Source of the DNA: Lama guanicoe
Lineage: Eukaryota
DNA length: 64,000 nucleotides
Assembly (NCBI GenBank): GCA_013239625.1
Contig: MU054220.1
Coordinates: 930,848-994,847 of the forward strand
Direction: 5' to 3'
Both the position numbers and the translations under genes were made by a program. The number at the start of each line of letters is the position of its first letter. Position 1 is the stretch's first letter. This document shows, piece after piece, positions 37,371-51,883 of this stretch. The notes beneath the pieces were generated by a model that did no database searches, had not been told where the DNA came from, and worked only from the letters and a program-made list of their open reading frames with translations.

Positions 37371-38936
37371 TCCCCACCCTGTATGTCCGTGTCCTGACAG
37401 GAGCAGATAACACGCTTCAAAGGAACTACTGAAAACTATTTACAAAGAGTTTTCAAGATCAAAGAATTCTGGGTCTTTGATTTGCATTTTCCTAATATCT
37501 AATGATGTTGAGCATTTTTTTAATGATTTAAAAGTTGTGTGTGATTTAATCTTTAGTAAATGTGAGTAGGGCTGTGCTCTACCTTCGTTGGGATTGTTAC
37601 TTCCTTCTTCTCTTCCCTGCACCCATCTCAGGTTTACTTAATTCTCTCAGGCTTGGACCATAAGCTCCAGAGATCTCTCTGCTGGAATTTGATGTTTATT
37701 TCTTTAGGGTTAATTTGAAATTTGTGTATTCTCAGTGACTTATTTATGCTGTATGTGTTAGTTACGTGTGAACTTATGTGCCAATTCTATTGTATTGTAT
37801 ATTGTATTAGATTATGTATACAGAATATTGTCTATTCTGTTGTGTGTTTTGTTAGATAGTTTGTACAGACATTCAGATTTAGGGACCTGCCATAGCTATA
37901 TAAAAGACATCTAAATTTAGCTTTTAAGTTTTCCTTCTTTGATTAATTTATAATAATCTCTTTCAAATTATAAGTCCCAATTACTTGTTTCTGTATTTCT
38001 TTTTAAGAAAGATTGTTTTCTTTTGCACAAAGTTCTGAGTTGGAATTTTGTATGTGGACATTATCTGAGCTAAATTGAAATTTTATTATGTTGATTAGCC
38101 ATAATCTCACTCAGTACATCTGTCATACACAAAGACTTCACCTTTTACTTCTCTCCAGTGCCATATTACATTTGAGAATTTCATGAATACACTGGTTAAC
38201 TGAAAATAAAAATTCTTGTTTACACAACCTTATGTTTTTGCTCTTAATAAGTCACTTACTTTTTGGTATTAGAATGCAGTTTTTCCACTTAATTCCCCTA
38301 ATGTGATTGGCAGGAGAAGCCTCTGAAGATATACAATGTGCTGGAAGGATCTTATGGAAGATCTCAGTTCTCTAGAGCATGAATCCTCAGTAAATTTAAT
38401 CTTGAACAAGCAGCCTTGGGGACAAACTGTTTTGACAACTCTGAAGTGATTTACTGTTCATTGTTGATTAAGTGCCCAGTCATAGCTTCTCTTACTGGGG
38501 GGAAGATTACTCCTTGAGTAGTAATGTTACAGTCAAAATGTAAAACAAAAGCCATTAGTTTACTAGGCATGAATCATATTGAAATAATAGTATACATGCT
38601 TAAAAAATATCCAAAATAAAACTTATTTCTTTAATTATTCAGCTCTCTGCATTATTGACTGAAATAGTATTAAAGGTTTGTTCAATTAATTTGGTCAGTT
38701 CAACATAATAATGCTTTAAATTTGTTCTTGATATATATTTTCGGTGACAGCTTTCAAATTTGATGACTTATCAGTCATATCAACTATATATTCTTGAAGC
38801 CGGCTCTAAATGATTCTATAATTTAAATTGTAAAGTGTTTATAAAAGTTGAAGAACATGGTCATGCCTTGTTCAGGCAGAGAGTTATATGTTTATGTGAC
38901 AAAGTAATTAAGTGTAGCCTGATCTTCTCTCTGCAG

Positions 38937-39064
38937 TCACACCAGGGTTGATGTGGAAATCCTGCCTCACCTTCATCGAACTAAACCTTTATCTTCGAGG
39001 ACCAAGGAGAATTGGTGAAGCCTGGATTTGGAACAACTGACTCAAGAGGAAATAGAAAACTCAG
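38937..39064 (+). other. Candidate non-coding 5' UTR exon upstream of the OR4A15-like locus
   Basis: Branch-like cctgat and tcttctctctgcag acceptor (AG 38935-38936), with cag|gtaaca donor at 39065. Motif evidence only. Confidence 0.35.
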
Positions 39065-39554
39065 GTAACATATTCACAAAAGCTCTTCCCTTTGATAAGA
39101 ATAGGGAAAACTGAGTTACTTGAAATAAATTCTGTATCTATCTTATGAAGCATGTTTTATCATTTAACCTTGAATATTTTATGCCAGAAGTTCCAGGAAT
39201 AAAACAGTATGTATGTTTACTCCATTCTGTATAATGCTGTTGGAATAAATACAATGACAGTAATTTTCTCCAATACTTTGTATTACAATTGTTTAAATGC
39301 AAACTGAAATAGAGACTAAACATAGCCGAGCATAACAAAATATAATAGGACATATATATGATCTTCAGATAATCTTTTAGATTGCTTTATATAATTTAGA
39401 GAATCTGACATTTATTTTGTAACTTAATCTATTGAAGATAATAGTAAGGATTATGATAGCTCTTTACAAACTCTTGTCTTGAACATAGTGTTTTTGAATA
39501 TTCTTGTGTTCAAGAATGTCTTGTGTAAACATTTTATTTCTTTTGGTAATGTTT

Positions 39555-40030
39555 TTTAGTTGTGGTAAAATATGCAAAACACGTTATTGTGCTTCCAACA
39601 CCACTCTCCATCTCCAGAACTTTTTCATCATCTCAAACTGACACTCTGCATCCATTAAACTGTAACTCTGCATCTCCTCATCCCCCCAGTCCCCGGCAAC
39701 CACTGCTGTACTTCCTGTCACTTAGAATGTGACTATTCCAGGTATCCCAGGAAAGGGAGATCATAAAATATTTGCCCCTTTGTTTCTGGCTTATTGCTCT
39801 TATTTCAATCTATTCAAGGTTCGTCCATGTGGTAACATATATAAGAATTTCCCTCCTATTTAAGGCTGACTGATATTCCATCATCTGTATATACCACAAC
39901 TTGTTTATACATTCATTAGTTGATGGACATTTGGGTTGTTTCTACCTTTTGGCTATTGTGACTAGTGCTGCTATGAACATTGTTGTACAAATATCTGAGT
40001 CTCTGCTTCTTATTCCTTTGTGTTTATGCC
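39555..40030 (-). mobile_element. LINE-1 (L1MB-like) 3' end
   Basis: catctccagaactttttcatcatctcaaactgacactctg...gttgatggacatttgggttgtttctaccttttggctattgtgactagtgctgctatgaacatt. Confidence 0.88.
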
Positions 40031-42937
40031 CCAAATAACATTTTGATATATGAGTTAACAGCTTCTTATTATAAAAGGAAACTCAAAACTTAAAATGTGA
40101 AAGCTTGAGTTCAGAGACATTTACTTACCTGTTAGACTCATTGAGCTATACTTACACCTTATTGGAAAGTGAATTTTACTGTCCGTGGAAATTCATGAAT
40201 TGTGCTAGATACAGGATCTACAAAAATCTTAAGGAAAATACCAACATCTATTTCTGCCTGTGGGTTAATGACATGGATATTTTCTCATTTTTATAAATAT
40301 TGTGAATAAAACAGGACACATTGCAGTACACAGACAGTTGATCTCTTAATTTATGGAAAGATTCCCTCAGATATAATTTAGTTTTAATGATACATTTCAG
40401 AGTGGAGAATGAGATATGGAGAAAGACACACAAGGGAATCTGGACACAGTAATGTGAGTGGTAAAACTGGATGGCTTCCATAATTGCATATGATAATGAT
40501 ACACTCAATCCATTCATCCATCCCTCAGGAAATGCTCCTTTGGATAACTAGAAAAGAGAGGGGACGTTGAGGAAACTCATGTAAAACTAATTGTAGAGGT
40601 GTGGCACCAAATTTATATGAGGAAACAAAAAGTAGTAAATCATATTTTTAATTTATTTAGTGCTTATTACTTATCCATGTTTGGAGAGCTTTATTTGCAT
40701 TATCCTATTTAATCTCTAAAACCAGCCTATGTGTTGGATACTATTATGTTTCATTATAGAAATGCGGTTGAGTGATTTTCCCAAGTCACACAGTTGGCAT
40801 TTTGAGGCTCAAATTCCAAACTGGAATTTAGAACCTGAGTTCTCTTAAAATACACTGCAGCCATTAAGGGCCACCCCGGCAATATTTATAAAATAAAACA
40901 AAACAAAACAAAACAGACAAAGACTATGTGTGAGATAGGCAGTGTACCATCTCTGATAGGTATTTTTGAGTATTTGTTCCCAAAGTCTGTTCAATCATAT
41001 TTAGGGTTTAGTGTTGGCATTTTTCTTTTACAATGAAGAAATTGACTTGGGAAATGTGATATTTCTTTAAAATTTATCTTTTTAAAATCTAATGAGCTAG
41101 TTAGGCATATATTAGAATCTCAAAATTTTTGCTACATCATTTTAATGGTCACTACTCACTCATTAAGAAAAAGCCATTGGTTACATGGGAAACAGGTTTT
41201 ACTATATAAACAATTAAATATAAACATGGTTAGACAGGAACTGTGATCATATGTTTCAAAAGGATCTGCACTGAAACTCAAAATTTCAGTCTTTAACTTC
41301 CAATATCTGGCTGATTGTGTTTTCCAGTATTGCGCACCTTACAAACCAAATGGTTTGCTTCCCCACCTTATGTTGTTGAATTTGGCATAGTGTGGATCTA
41401 CTTGATATACCTTATTTTATTTGTCATTGTGGGATAGTTATCATGATCTACGTTTTGAGCATTCTTTAAAGAGTTACCATTTCTCATTGAAATTTGAAGA
41501 ATCTCACAAATGTTTAAAGCAGATATATTAATTTTTTAACAACATCCGATATTGATAAAGTTTGGAATTTTGTATCATTCCCAGTCGAGATAATAGTTTT
41601 CAACAGTTTAGAGTAATAATTAGGTCACTTACATGCATAAGGCATGCTCAGATTCTGGAGATACAATAATTAATAACATGTGTTTACCGCCCCAGTGGAT
41701 CCAACAGATGATGGTGGAAAACCAGCTGTAAACACATAGGTGTTGTAAGTACTTACAGGTCCAAGGGTTAGGCTCTGCTACTAGACATTATCTGTTGCAT
41801 GCTCAGACAAATCCTATGGAAGGCGGGTATTTACTTTTCATCATAAATGCAGTTACAGCTTGGTAACTGTGAGTGGAGATATTTAGGTATATATGCACAT
41901 CCACAGCCCTGAAGATGGAACTCCTCTAGGCAATTGGTTGCTCATACTCATGTATCTTAAAGTTGAGAATTTGATTTTCTCATTTTCCTTTGATCCGGAA
42001 GTATAAAGATTCTGAGAGGCAAATCCTGGAGCTAATGCTGAGTTACCCTCTAATCCATCTCCGAATCTATAGCTCAGGAAATCTGAAATTCCTCTACTCC
42101 CAGCTCAGCAAGCTCCCCAAACTCAAACTGTTGACCAGTTTCAAAGCATATTTTATTCAGCCTAAGATCTTTATCATTTCCGATCTGCCTATTCTCAGTC
42201 ATCTCGCATTTTTTCTCTTCTACACTTTTATTCTCTCTCTGATGTTCGAGTACAAATTGGCTTGCCAGAGGCACAAATCTCCTGCTCTCCACAAATGACA
42301 GTCTATAAATTAACACTGAAAAGGGGCACATAATAATTTTGCCAAAATGAAGTAACCTACACAGTACATGTAAAATTGCCCTGGATCATATCTGAAAGAC
42401 CCCCCAAAGTTTTATTTTCCACAGGCGAGAATGAATGGCCTGTATTCCACACAGCCTCAGATAACCAAGAATTTACAATATGAACAAAATAACTAGTCTA
42501 ATCTACTCATTACTTTAATAGCCAAATAACCTTTAATACATACTAATTCATTCTGGTTAATATAAAGGTTGTCTACCAGCGAAAGTGTTCACATGCCACT
42601 TAGGATAAAGGTTTCAATGACAAGAATTCGGAAACTCACACATCTGGAAAGACTATCACCTTTCAGTAAGAAAAGGAGTTGGGACATGATTTTTCCAGGA
42701 TGCCTGCACAAAATTAAATAATATTTCTAGATTTTGGGTACAGAATTCTTTCCACTATACTGTGATTCTGCCTAAAATTTTTATTTTAGCACTCTTAATT
42801 GAGTTCTGGCTAGCAATAATTAATTCTAAGCAATTTTGGAAAGTAGGGAAAATGTCTGTGTAGTACCCATTCATTAAGACTTGTATTGTCTGTTTTTTCT
42901 TCCAATAACCTAAGTTGCAATTAATGTCAATTTAGTT

Positions 42938-42983
42938 GTGTGTGTGTGTGTGTGGTTTGTGTGTGTGTTGTTTGTGTGTGTGT
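42938..42983. repeat. Interrupted (TG)n microsatellite
   Basis: Directly visible. Confidence 0.9.
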
Positions 42984-43371
42984 ATTTTTAAATAAAATAT
43001 TGCTTTCATTGTACTTTATTGGGTAGGAAGAATTTTATACATTTATCTCTGCTCAGTTGCTCTCCTACAGCCTTGAAATTCATTTTACTTAAATAGAGTT
43101 TAATGAGCGTTTAATGAGCACTCATGATGTGCCTGGTTCCTTCACTGATGTGAGTGACTTACTCTGTTTCTGTAGCTCATAGTAATTCAGAAAGGCAGCT
43201 GTCTACACATTAGCCTGTGATTCTATGCTCCATGCCTGGGCATTGCTTTACATAAATATATAAGTAAAGATGTTAGGAATGGGATTGATCTCATGCTGGA
43301 CCTCAGAGGCCAAAACACACTTAGGGAAAAAAGAAACAACATATAAAGTCAAAAAGGAGTCTTTGAATCGT

Positions 43372-43779
43372 GTTGCTTGTGGTGGAATCTAAAAAAAAAT
43401 GACACAAATGAACTTATTTACAAAACAGAAACAGATTCACAGACATAGAAAACAAACTTATGGCTACCAAAGGGGAAAAGGGTTGAGGACGATAAATTAG
43501 AAGTTTGGGATTAGCAGCTACAAACTACTATATATATAAAATAGATGAACAACAAAGTCCTTATGCTGTACACCAGAAATTGATGCGATGTTGTAAATCA
43601 ACTATACTTCAATTAAAAATTTAGATAAAAAAGGACTATATTCGTTAGCTTGCAATAACCTATAATGAAAAAGAATATGTGTATATTTATATATGTATGA
43701 CTGAATCACTCTACTCTACACCAGAAACTAATACAACATTGTAAAATCACCAAACTTCAATTTAATAAAAGGAAAAAAA
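43372..43779 (+). mobile_element. LINE-1 3' end with a second short L1 terminus nested at ~43561-43632
   Basis: gtggaatctaaaaaaaaatgacacaaatgaacttatttacaaaacagaaacagattcacagacatagaaaac... The terminal motif tacaccagaaa..tgtaaa..acttcaat occurs twice. Confidence 0.85.
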
Positions 43780-44083
43780 TGTCATCTCTGTGAGAGAGAT
43801 TCTGGAGAAAGCAGCTTTCTTATTGTGTGGTAGATCATCTCTCAGATATGCCTCCCAGTTAGAATATGGACATCTCATCGCTGTAGTTGAAGCAAGGAAT
43901 TTGTGATATTGGATAGAGTGCTTGTGGGAGGAGATTCCAAAGTCTCATTGTGTGAGCCCTCGTGGAGCAAACACTGTGCAGTAAGACATCACAGTTTTGA
44001 CAGAAAGCTTGCAATGCTCTCCAAGTCATTATTGGCCCTTTTGTTTGCAGACTCTGACACCTGATCAACACCTTCAGATCACC

Positions 44084-45036
44084 ATGGAAAACAGGAACAA
44101 TGTGACTGAGTTTGTCCTGCTGGGGCTCACACAGAACCCTGAGATGCAGAAAGTTCTATTTGTCCCCTTCTTACTCATCTACCTCGTGACCATAGCGGGC
44201 AACCTGCTTATCATGGTGACCATCGCGGCCAGCCGATCCCTGGGTTTCCCCATGTACTTTTTCTGGCTTATTTATCATTTGTAGATACTGTCTATTCTGC
44301 TGCCATTGCTCCCAGAATGATCACTGACTTGCTTCATCAGAAAAAGACTATTTCCTTCCAGGGTTGTATGACTCAAGTCTTTATAGATCATCTGTTTGCT
44401 GGTGTTGAAGTCATTCTTCTGGTGGTGATGGCCTATGACCGATACATAGCCATCTGTAAGCCTCTTCATTATTTGGTCATCATGAATCGGCGGGTATGTG
44501 TTCTCATGCTGCTGGTGGCCTGGACTGGAGGCTTCCTGCACTCATTGGTTCAATTTCTCTTCATTCATCAGCTCCTTTTCTGTGGCCCCAATGTCATTAT
44601 TGACAACTTGTGACATGTACCCCTTATTGAAACTTGCTTGCACCGACACCCACTTCATTGGACTCTCCATGATAGCTAATGGAGGCGCAATCTGCACTGT
44701 TGTGTCTTCTTCATTCTCTTAGTTTCCTGTGGGGTCATATTACACTCCCTTAAGATGCATGGTGTGAGAGGAAATCACAAAACCTTCTACACCTGTGCAT
44801 CGCACATGACGGTGGTCATTTTATTCTTTGTTCCTTGTATCTTCTTGTATGCAAGACCTAGTTCTACCCTTCCCATTGATAAATTCATGACTGTGGTTTT
44901 AACTTTCTTAACTCCCACGTTGAACCCCTTAGTCTACACCCTGAGAAATGCAGAAATGAAGAATGCTATGAAGAAACTTTGGAGTAAAAATGCGACCTTA
45001 GCAGGAAGAGGGCTGTATCCTTCATGTAGGACATGA
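44084..45036 (+). pseudogene. OR4A15-like: OR4A15-like olfactory receptor pseudogene, full length with three frameshifts
   Basis: [10 protein letters not shown]...[12 protein letters not shown]...FYTCASH...[10 protein letters not shown]. Lesions: -1 at 44258-44262, +3/-5 at ~44597-44612, +2 at ~44700-44705. Acceptor tttgtttgcag ends at 44050. Confidence 0.95.
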
Positions 45037-46988
45037 TGTTCATTCTATTACAGAATCAATAAATGCTTTCATTATCAATGATTGCACTTAAAAAATCATT
45101 TCCTTTGGGTTATGTAGACTACTTATTGCTGAAACAGCTATAAAATCAATCTTTATCTAAGTGGAATGGTTTATAGTCCTTAGAGACCAAATGAATTGCA
45201 TAGGTTTAATCCCTTGTAATATAATCCCTTGTATAAGTAATCATGCTGTATTTTTTTTCTGGTTGTTTGTTATAATGTCCATTGAAAAAAATAGACTTTG
45301 TTCTTTTAAAGCAGTTTCAGGTTTACAACAGAATTGAGCAGAAAATATAGAGAGTTCACACATAGCCCTCTCCACGCACACATACACACTCCCCTACCCT
45401 CAACATCCCTCATCGGTGTGGCATATTTGGTACAATCGATAATCATACTGTATTAAGATTCTTTAGTGACAAAAGCTTTTCGGTTTTACTTCAACTTATT
45501 TTTCTGGAGCAATCACTGTCCTGGTATAGAAAAACATGACCTTATAGAACTTGTTGTATTTTTATCAAAGAGAATGAAATTTTAAAATTAAAAATTCTAA
45601 TGGGTAAACAATGCTAATCTAAAAATAAATGTCCTGGTCAAATTAAGTAATTTAAAATTTCACAGCACATGATCGCAGCTGAGGATAAATCCTTAAGAAA
45701 TAAACTTTGTTAAATGTAAACTGTGATGGTAGCATATAGTTGATTTTGTGCATTCTGATACAGTTAGATTGAAAAATTAAATTATTCAACCCAGTTCTTT
45801 GCATCTGGATCAAATGGCCTCCACCAATTGATGAAATACATACTTAAGTCGTTCATATCACATATAGCTCCAGAGTCCGCCTAGATTAAATTAAACTGTC
45901 TGGGTTCAGGATTTCCTTTTTAAATGCAACAAATGTTTAACATTTGGGGTACAGATGATCTTGTTGTACACAAGGAATGCCTTTCTCATTCTCTGTAAAC
46001 TATATGTTCTTGACTTCAGTGATGAATCAAAGGTGTCTTCTGTTTATAACTGCTCTATAGCAATTTGGGGGGATCAAATACTATATACATACATCAGTTT
46101 TTTAAGGCTCTGGCATTACATGTTTCTGAATAGAGTCAACCCACAACATAGATACTAAGGTAAAATATGTCTTCATCTTTTTCTCAATTTGTAACTGGAT
46201 TCATTTAGTGTACTTAGCAATATTAATGCCTCCACATATTTGACACATATTAAATAAATGCCAGACACATATTGAATAAAGTTTCATTTATTCTTCAGTG
46301 AAGGAAATATAAAGTACTCTAGAAATTTAATCTGAGGGAAATCTGATATGGTGAATTAAGTATTTCAAAAATATTAGAACTGAAGGAGCTGACACCTGAC
46401 TACTGGAGTGAACGAGGTTGGGATCAAGGACCTCCCCCCTACGCTATGATGCAGAGATGAGGAAGCTGGAATCATGATGAAAGATCTCTGCATCTACTTC
46501 TCAAAGTCCTTCCACGCTGTGCATTTAAAAAGATACTTCTCTTTAAATTTATAAAGTTTTTCCTTTTACATTCATGTTTCTAACTCACGTGAGATATACA
46601 TTTTCAGCTATGGTATGAACTGGAAATACACTTTCCTTATTTATCATTAGAATAAATAAAAGTTCCCAGCATATTTATTGAATAGTCATTCTGTTTACAG
46701 TACCCTGCAATACCACTATATAAAAATTCTATATACCTATTATTCTATCTTTTAACTTTCTATTTTGTTCAGTTAGTATATCCATAATCCAGTCCTACAA
46801 TGTCTAATGTACCACAGTCTTTCAGATACTAGGGAGCTCCTTGTGCCTGGGTGTCCTCCAACAAAAGCTCAGGGACCAAATGTCAGAAGGTGTTGAAGAA
46901 GGATTTGAGTATCTTTGTAAGAAGCTGAAATAGATATCTTCAAAGGTTTACTCTTTTTATACAATAGAAAAAGTAGCATGTTTCTTCT
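44168..46988 (+). repeat. Inverted segmental duplication, right arm part B
   Basis: Reverse complement of 3580-6368. Confidence 0.97.
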
Positions 46989-49900
46989 CCTCTTATACAC
47001 CATGAAAGAAAATATTTTATGTTATTAAAAAGCTATGGACTTATCTGAAATCCAAATACAAATTTCTCATCACCCATTCTATTGATATTGTCTTTACATG
47101 TTAATCAGAGGATTGATTATTCCACAGTTGATTAAGAAAATATTTCTCAGCTAAAAACTTACCTAAATTATAAGGCTTTGTTGTGAATTAATTTTGACTC
47201 TTTTCAAAAATGAAGTATGCTACCAAAATACAAACGTGTGTGTAGGTTGTAGACGTACTTACAGTTTCCTTTTTTAACAGAAAGATTCAGCCTCCCACTT
47301 CACAGGTACCATGTTCTGTTGAAGAAATCAATGGACTCCATGATGTAACAATATTTAGCAAACTTATTAGGGTTGTGAAAATATGATGGAGAATAAGAAA
47401 ACTAGCTTCAGAATCAGGAGATATGGGTTTTATGTCACAGTATGCCCTCATCATATTCCATAACCTTTGCATGAGTTCTGCATTTCTATAAGTAGTTTAC
47501 TTAGGTAAGTTGGAAGGTGCTCCCAGGTTCTGTGATTCTGCTCATGTCAATATTTACTTATCATAAATATCACCTCTCCAAACTTTTCTATTCCTGGTAA
47601 ACAACTGCAGAGATATCCTTTTGGGGTAAAATTGCTCTGGGTTGGAATAAGGCAACGTGAGCTCTGCTCTTGAGTGCCTCTTTGTTTTGAGAACATGATC
47701 TTCTACCTAGTGAAATGCATTAAGCTGTTCTAAGAACATTTTGGTAGATATTTGGTTTTTGTGAAATTAGTCCCTGAAACTATCGAAGGTCAAACCATTC
47801 CTCACCTAATTTCTGATCAGCTGTGATAGGATTCATATATATTTTCTGATGCTTTCATTTGGATTTGCCCTTCTGCAAGTTTGAAAATCTGTGTTATTGT
47901 CTGTCTGGAGTTCTAAACCCTTCTGTACTTGGATTTGTATTTTGGAAAAGACTTTCCTGGCATGGCTCCAGGAATTCTTCTTTTGAAAAATTATTTTCAT
48001 GAACAGCCTTCACTGATTTAGACCTAATTCTGTCCTCTTTCCATTTCATGCTTCTCTCTGGAGCTTGGGGAGCTAGGCTAGACAGGGGTTGGGTTTCTAA
48101 AGCAATCTCTCTAGCCAGTACTGCAGCTGTTTAAGTGAGGCTGGATGACCACTTGATGGGCCATTATGAGTAGATTTCAAGCTTTTATCAGGTTGGGAAT
48201 GATGGCTTTGTACATGCTAATTCTCCGATCTGATTCTGGGTTTCATTCCGGAGTTGAAAGACAAGTTCAAGACATTTTCATGATGACACTGAAGGAAAAT
48301 CCATATTCTTTATAACCCTTTAGATAGTTTTAAATCTTCATTCAAACTGTCTTTGACATCTGCCATCACAGATATTATTATGGCACTATAATATTAAAGT
48401 GTCTAGGCAAAATAGGCTTAGTCATGTGATTTCAGTTTTCTTAAATGCTTTTCCTTCATGACACATGCTGCTCATAATGACCACATTCTCTGTAGCCAAT
48501 CCAGAGTTATGTTCAATTTGTTTTTCTTTATATTAAAGCAAGCATATTTGAACATGTGGTCATTGTGGTAAATGGGGAAATTAATGAATTGAATTGAATT
48601 TATTAAAATACTTTCAAAGATTGTTATTTATTTCTTTTGGTAAATAATTATAATATTCCTCACAGTTGGTGGCAGCATAAACATGTCATACCACTTTGGT
48701 TGTAAAACAGTAACTTAAAGGTAAGGATTTTGGCCCAGGATTTAGTGGCCTGGCTTCTTATTTTGCCTTGGCAAATGGCATTCTGATTCTGTCTTCTATT
48801 TCCTTGTAATAAATTGTGAATATTGATGCTTACTTTTTTTCAATTCCATAGGGATATTATGAGATCAAATTTAAATAACTGAAATAAATGCATTTTACCA
48901 TCTCTGAATATAACTGGAGAATGGAATTATTTTTATCATTGTCATGAGAATCTAATTCCAGAATTGGCACATGAAACAACTACTTTGAAGAAATACTGTG
49001 AATTTTATCTGCTGTGAAGTGCTAGTATTATAATAGGGTTCATAATTTATCACTTAATCTGAAAATAATACTTAAAATTATGGTTACCATGAATGGTAGG
49101 TCGCTTAAAAATTCAATATTATAATAAACATTTTAAAATCAGATTGTTATCCACCTAAGTGTTTAATTTATGTAATATTAAATATTTAGACTCCATATTT
49201 AAAATCATTTACTATCGAATAGCCAAGTTCAAAGTGATTAACTTGTTTTTCTCTTGTCATAGTGTTTTGTTTTCATGTAGACTTAAGGGTGAAATTCAAA
49301 ATTAAAGAAGAATGCTATAAGAGTTCTCCACTGAAGTTCAGTTTCCTTTCTTGAGATAATTGTGTTTTTGGCAAGATCTACTAATGATGGTGAAATACTC
49401 CTGAGGTCCAATTAGCCACAACTAATAGAATTTGACTACAAATGGGATATGTGGTAGCACTTTTAAGGCTCAAGAGAAAGGTCTTATCCAGGTGCCACTT
49501 ATAAATCAGGAAACACGCTTGGTAGAGATGAGCTAGTTGGCATTTTTGACTTCACAACTTTCTTGGTGAACTATCAGCTTCCTGGGGCCCTGGCCGTGGA
49601 GCTATGTCAGACAACATCATAGGTGAGATTTTTTTCCCCAGGAAATTGCATAATCATAGAGTTTTAGTGGATTTTACAAATCATATATCCCCCACCAGTC
49701 TAAGATATAAATCTCTTTTCAGCATATCAAGCATCAAGAAATTTAGAATCAACTATAATATTACCAACTTGGCAGAAAAAATATTTTGAGGTATTTTTTC
49801 TCATTGATATATATTTAACACCTGTGTTTAAAACTGCACATTATTCAAAAAGATGCAAGATACTTTATTAGCCATTTCTCCGATACTGAACATTCCATGT

Positions 49901-50657
49901 AGTTTCTAAATTTTCCACAGCTCCCAATAATTTTGTTGAACATATTTAAAAAAATAATTTTTCCATTTAAAATATGTTTTCCTTTAGGGTTTATTCCTAG
50001 AAAGAGTATTGTGGAGTCATAGAGAAAAGATGAATTAAATTCTGTTTTTTCATACTTATGTCTAAGTCAGTTTCACTAATTATGTCTAATTCTTACTTTA
50101 TGTACACTCTTTTCTCGTCTGCTGGGGGAGTCAACCTGAGAACAAGGGAATGCAATGAATCTGCTGCCCTTTTTTCTAAATGTGTGTACAATTTTCATCT
50201 TGGATAATTTGAAAATAAAGCTCTTTATTCACTTAACTGTTTTTTTTTTAAAAAAAGGAATAGTTTTTGGAGAATATATTTTATTATATTTATGTTTTCT
50301 CTTTTCTTTGGGAAATTTATGTCCCCACATTTCTATTCTATTAGTAATGCAATGTCCTCTAACCAGGAATGACAGATGATGGATGCTATGGGAAGACAGG
50401 AGAAGAAGGCAGGAGAATGCCTGTAGCAGAAACATAAAGGGGTGGGAAGGTCATTCACATCATGAAGGGATGAGCTGCTGCTATTTGGTAATAAAATGTC
50501 AGGGAAGGGATTATTAAGGCGCTTCACAGAGACACTTTCTGTAACTTTATGTGAACACACATACATTAATATACACAGTCAGGGTCCAAATAAGATTTGT
50601 TGAATGAATGAATTTGTAAAAAGGTATTTATAGTAAGTAATGGAGTTTATTTTTGTT

Positions 50658-50661
<4 letters not shown>

Positions 50662-50709
<48 letters not shown>
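50662..50709. repeat. Perfect (TA)n microsatellite
   Basis: Directly visible. Confidence 0.97.
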
Positions 50710-50712
<3 letters not shown>

Positions 50713-51883
50713 TTTTATCTTATCTAGCAGACTATTCCTTCTATTTTCCACATTAAATTTCTATTTTTGCAACTTTGGAAATAGGGATTTCCTTTGCTTG
50801 ATAGATCCTATTGTATTGAACACCTATGAAAGATGTTTTTTTCAATCTGGTTCTACAAAAGCTGTAAATTTACTGTATGTGACTATGTAAAGTTGTATGT
50901 GGAACAGAATTTTGAAGAATTAAAAAAATTAATTAACAAATACTATAATTACCTTGAAAATAAAATGACCCAGTAATACACTCTTTCCTATAGGCAAGAG
51001 CATTTTGATACTTAGCTTATAAAGTATGTCAGAAATTAACCTGGAACGCAGCTTCCTTTAACAAGTTTATTTATGTTTCTCATAAAGTAGAGAGCAATGA
51101 TAAACAGAGCAGGAGGATGAGAACACTTGAATTCCTGGTTCATTTAAGTTCTGGGGAAGCAGATGTATTCTCCCCCATGGAGAATGGCAATCCACCAAGA
51201 ACTTCCTCATCAGCTAACAGGTTCCAGGCAGGGAGGACATTATGCCAGGCACTGTGGTAGGTGCAGTGGGGAAACACACCTGAACAGCTTATGTGTTCTG
51301 GTAGGCACCAGGGACAGCGTGTTGCCAACTACTTACATACATTTCCCTAAACTGCCTGCTTATGGGAGATACGTATTCATGGTGTCTTTCTTCCCACAGT
51401 TAGAGCTGAGGGTTCAAGTGTGAATTCTCATGGAAGAGGGAATACTTCTAATCTGTATGCCACATCTCTCAGCTTACAAGATCCATCTGAGAATAACAGT
51501 TTGTAACCTCACAGACACAGAGGAGGGCTCGGAATCATGGGACACAGACATGACTTAGCAGAGTCACATGGAGCTGGAGACAGAAGGGGAATCCAGATCT
51601 CACGAGGACAGCTTAGGGTTTTCTTAGTAAATGACTCATCAGATGTTGCCTTATAGATGTTATACAAGAGACAAGTACTGGGTGTCTGAAGAGATGGAAA
51701 GTATCATGGAGGAAGTAAGAGAGAATTGAAACAAGCACTGAGGCAAAGAAATGCTCCACAGGTACAGTGACTGCTCTGCTTTTGTGCCAAGAAATTCAAA
51801 CCATGATCCTCTCATGATTAATGGGTATCATTCTTTATCTCTTGCTAGGTAGTTCAGGCCCCAAGAAGGCTGTCACTTGCTAA

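Noticed and set aside
43098..43119. Tandem gtttaatgagc x2 containing TAATGA, like OR enhancer homeodomain sites
   Set aside because: The context resembles an L2/MIR tail (tttattgagcac..tgtgcc) and no adjacent O/E site is clear.
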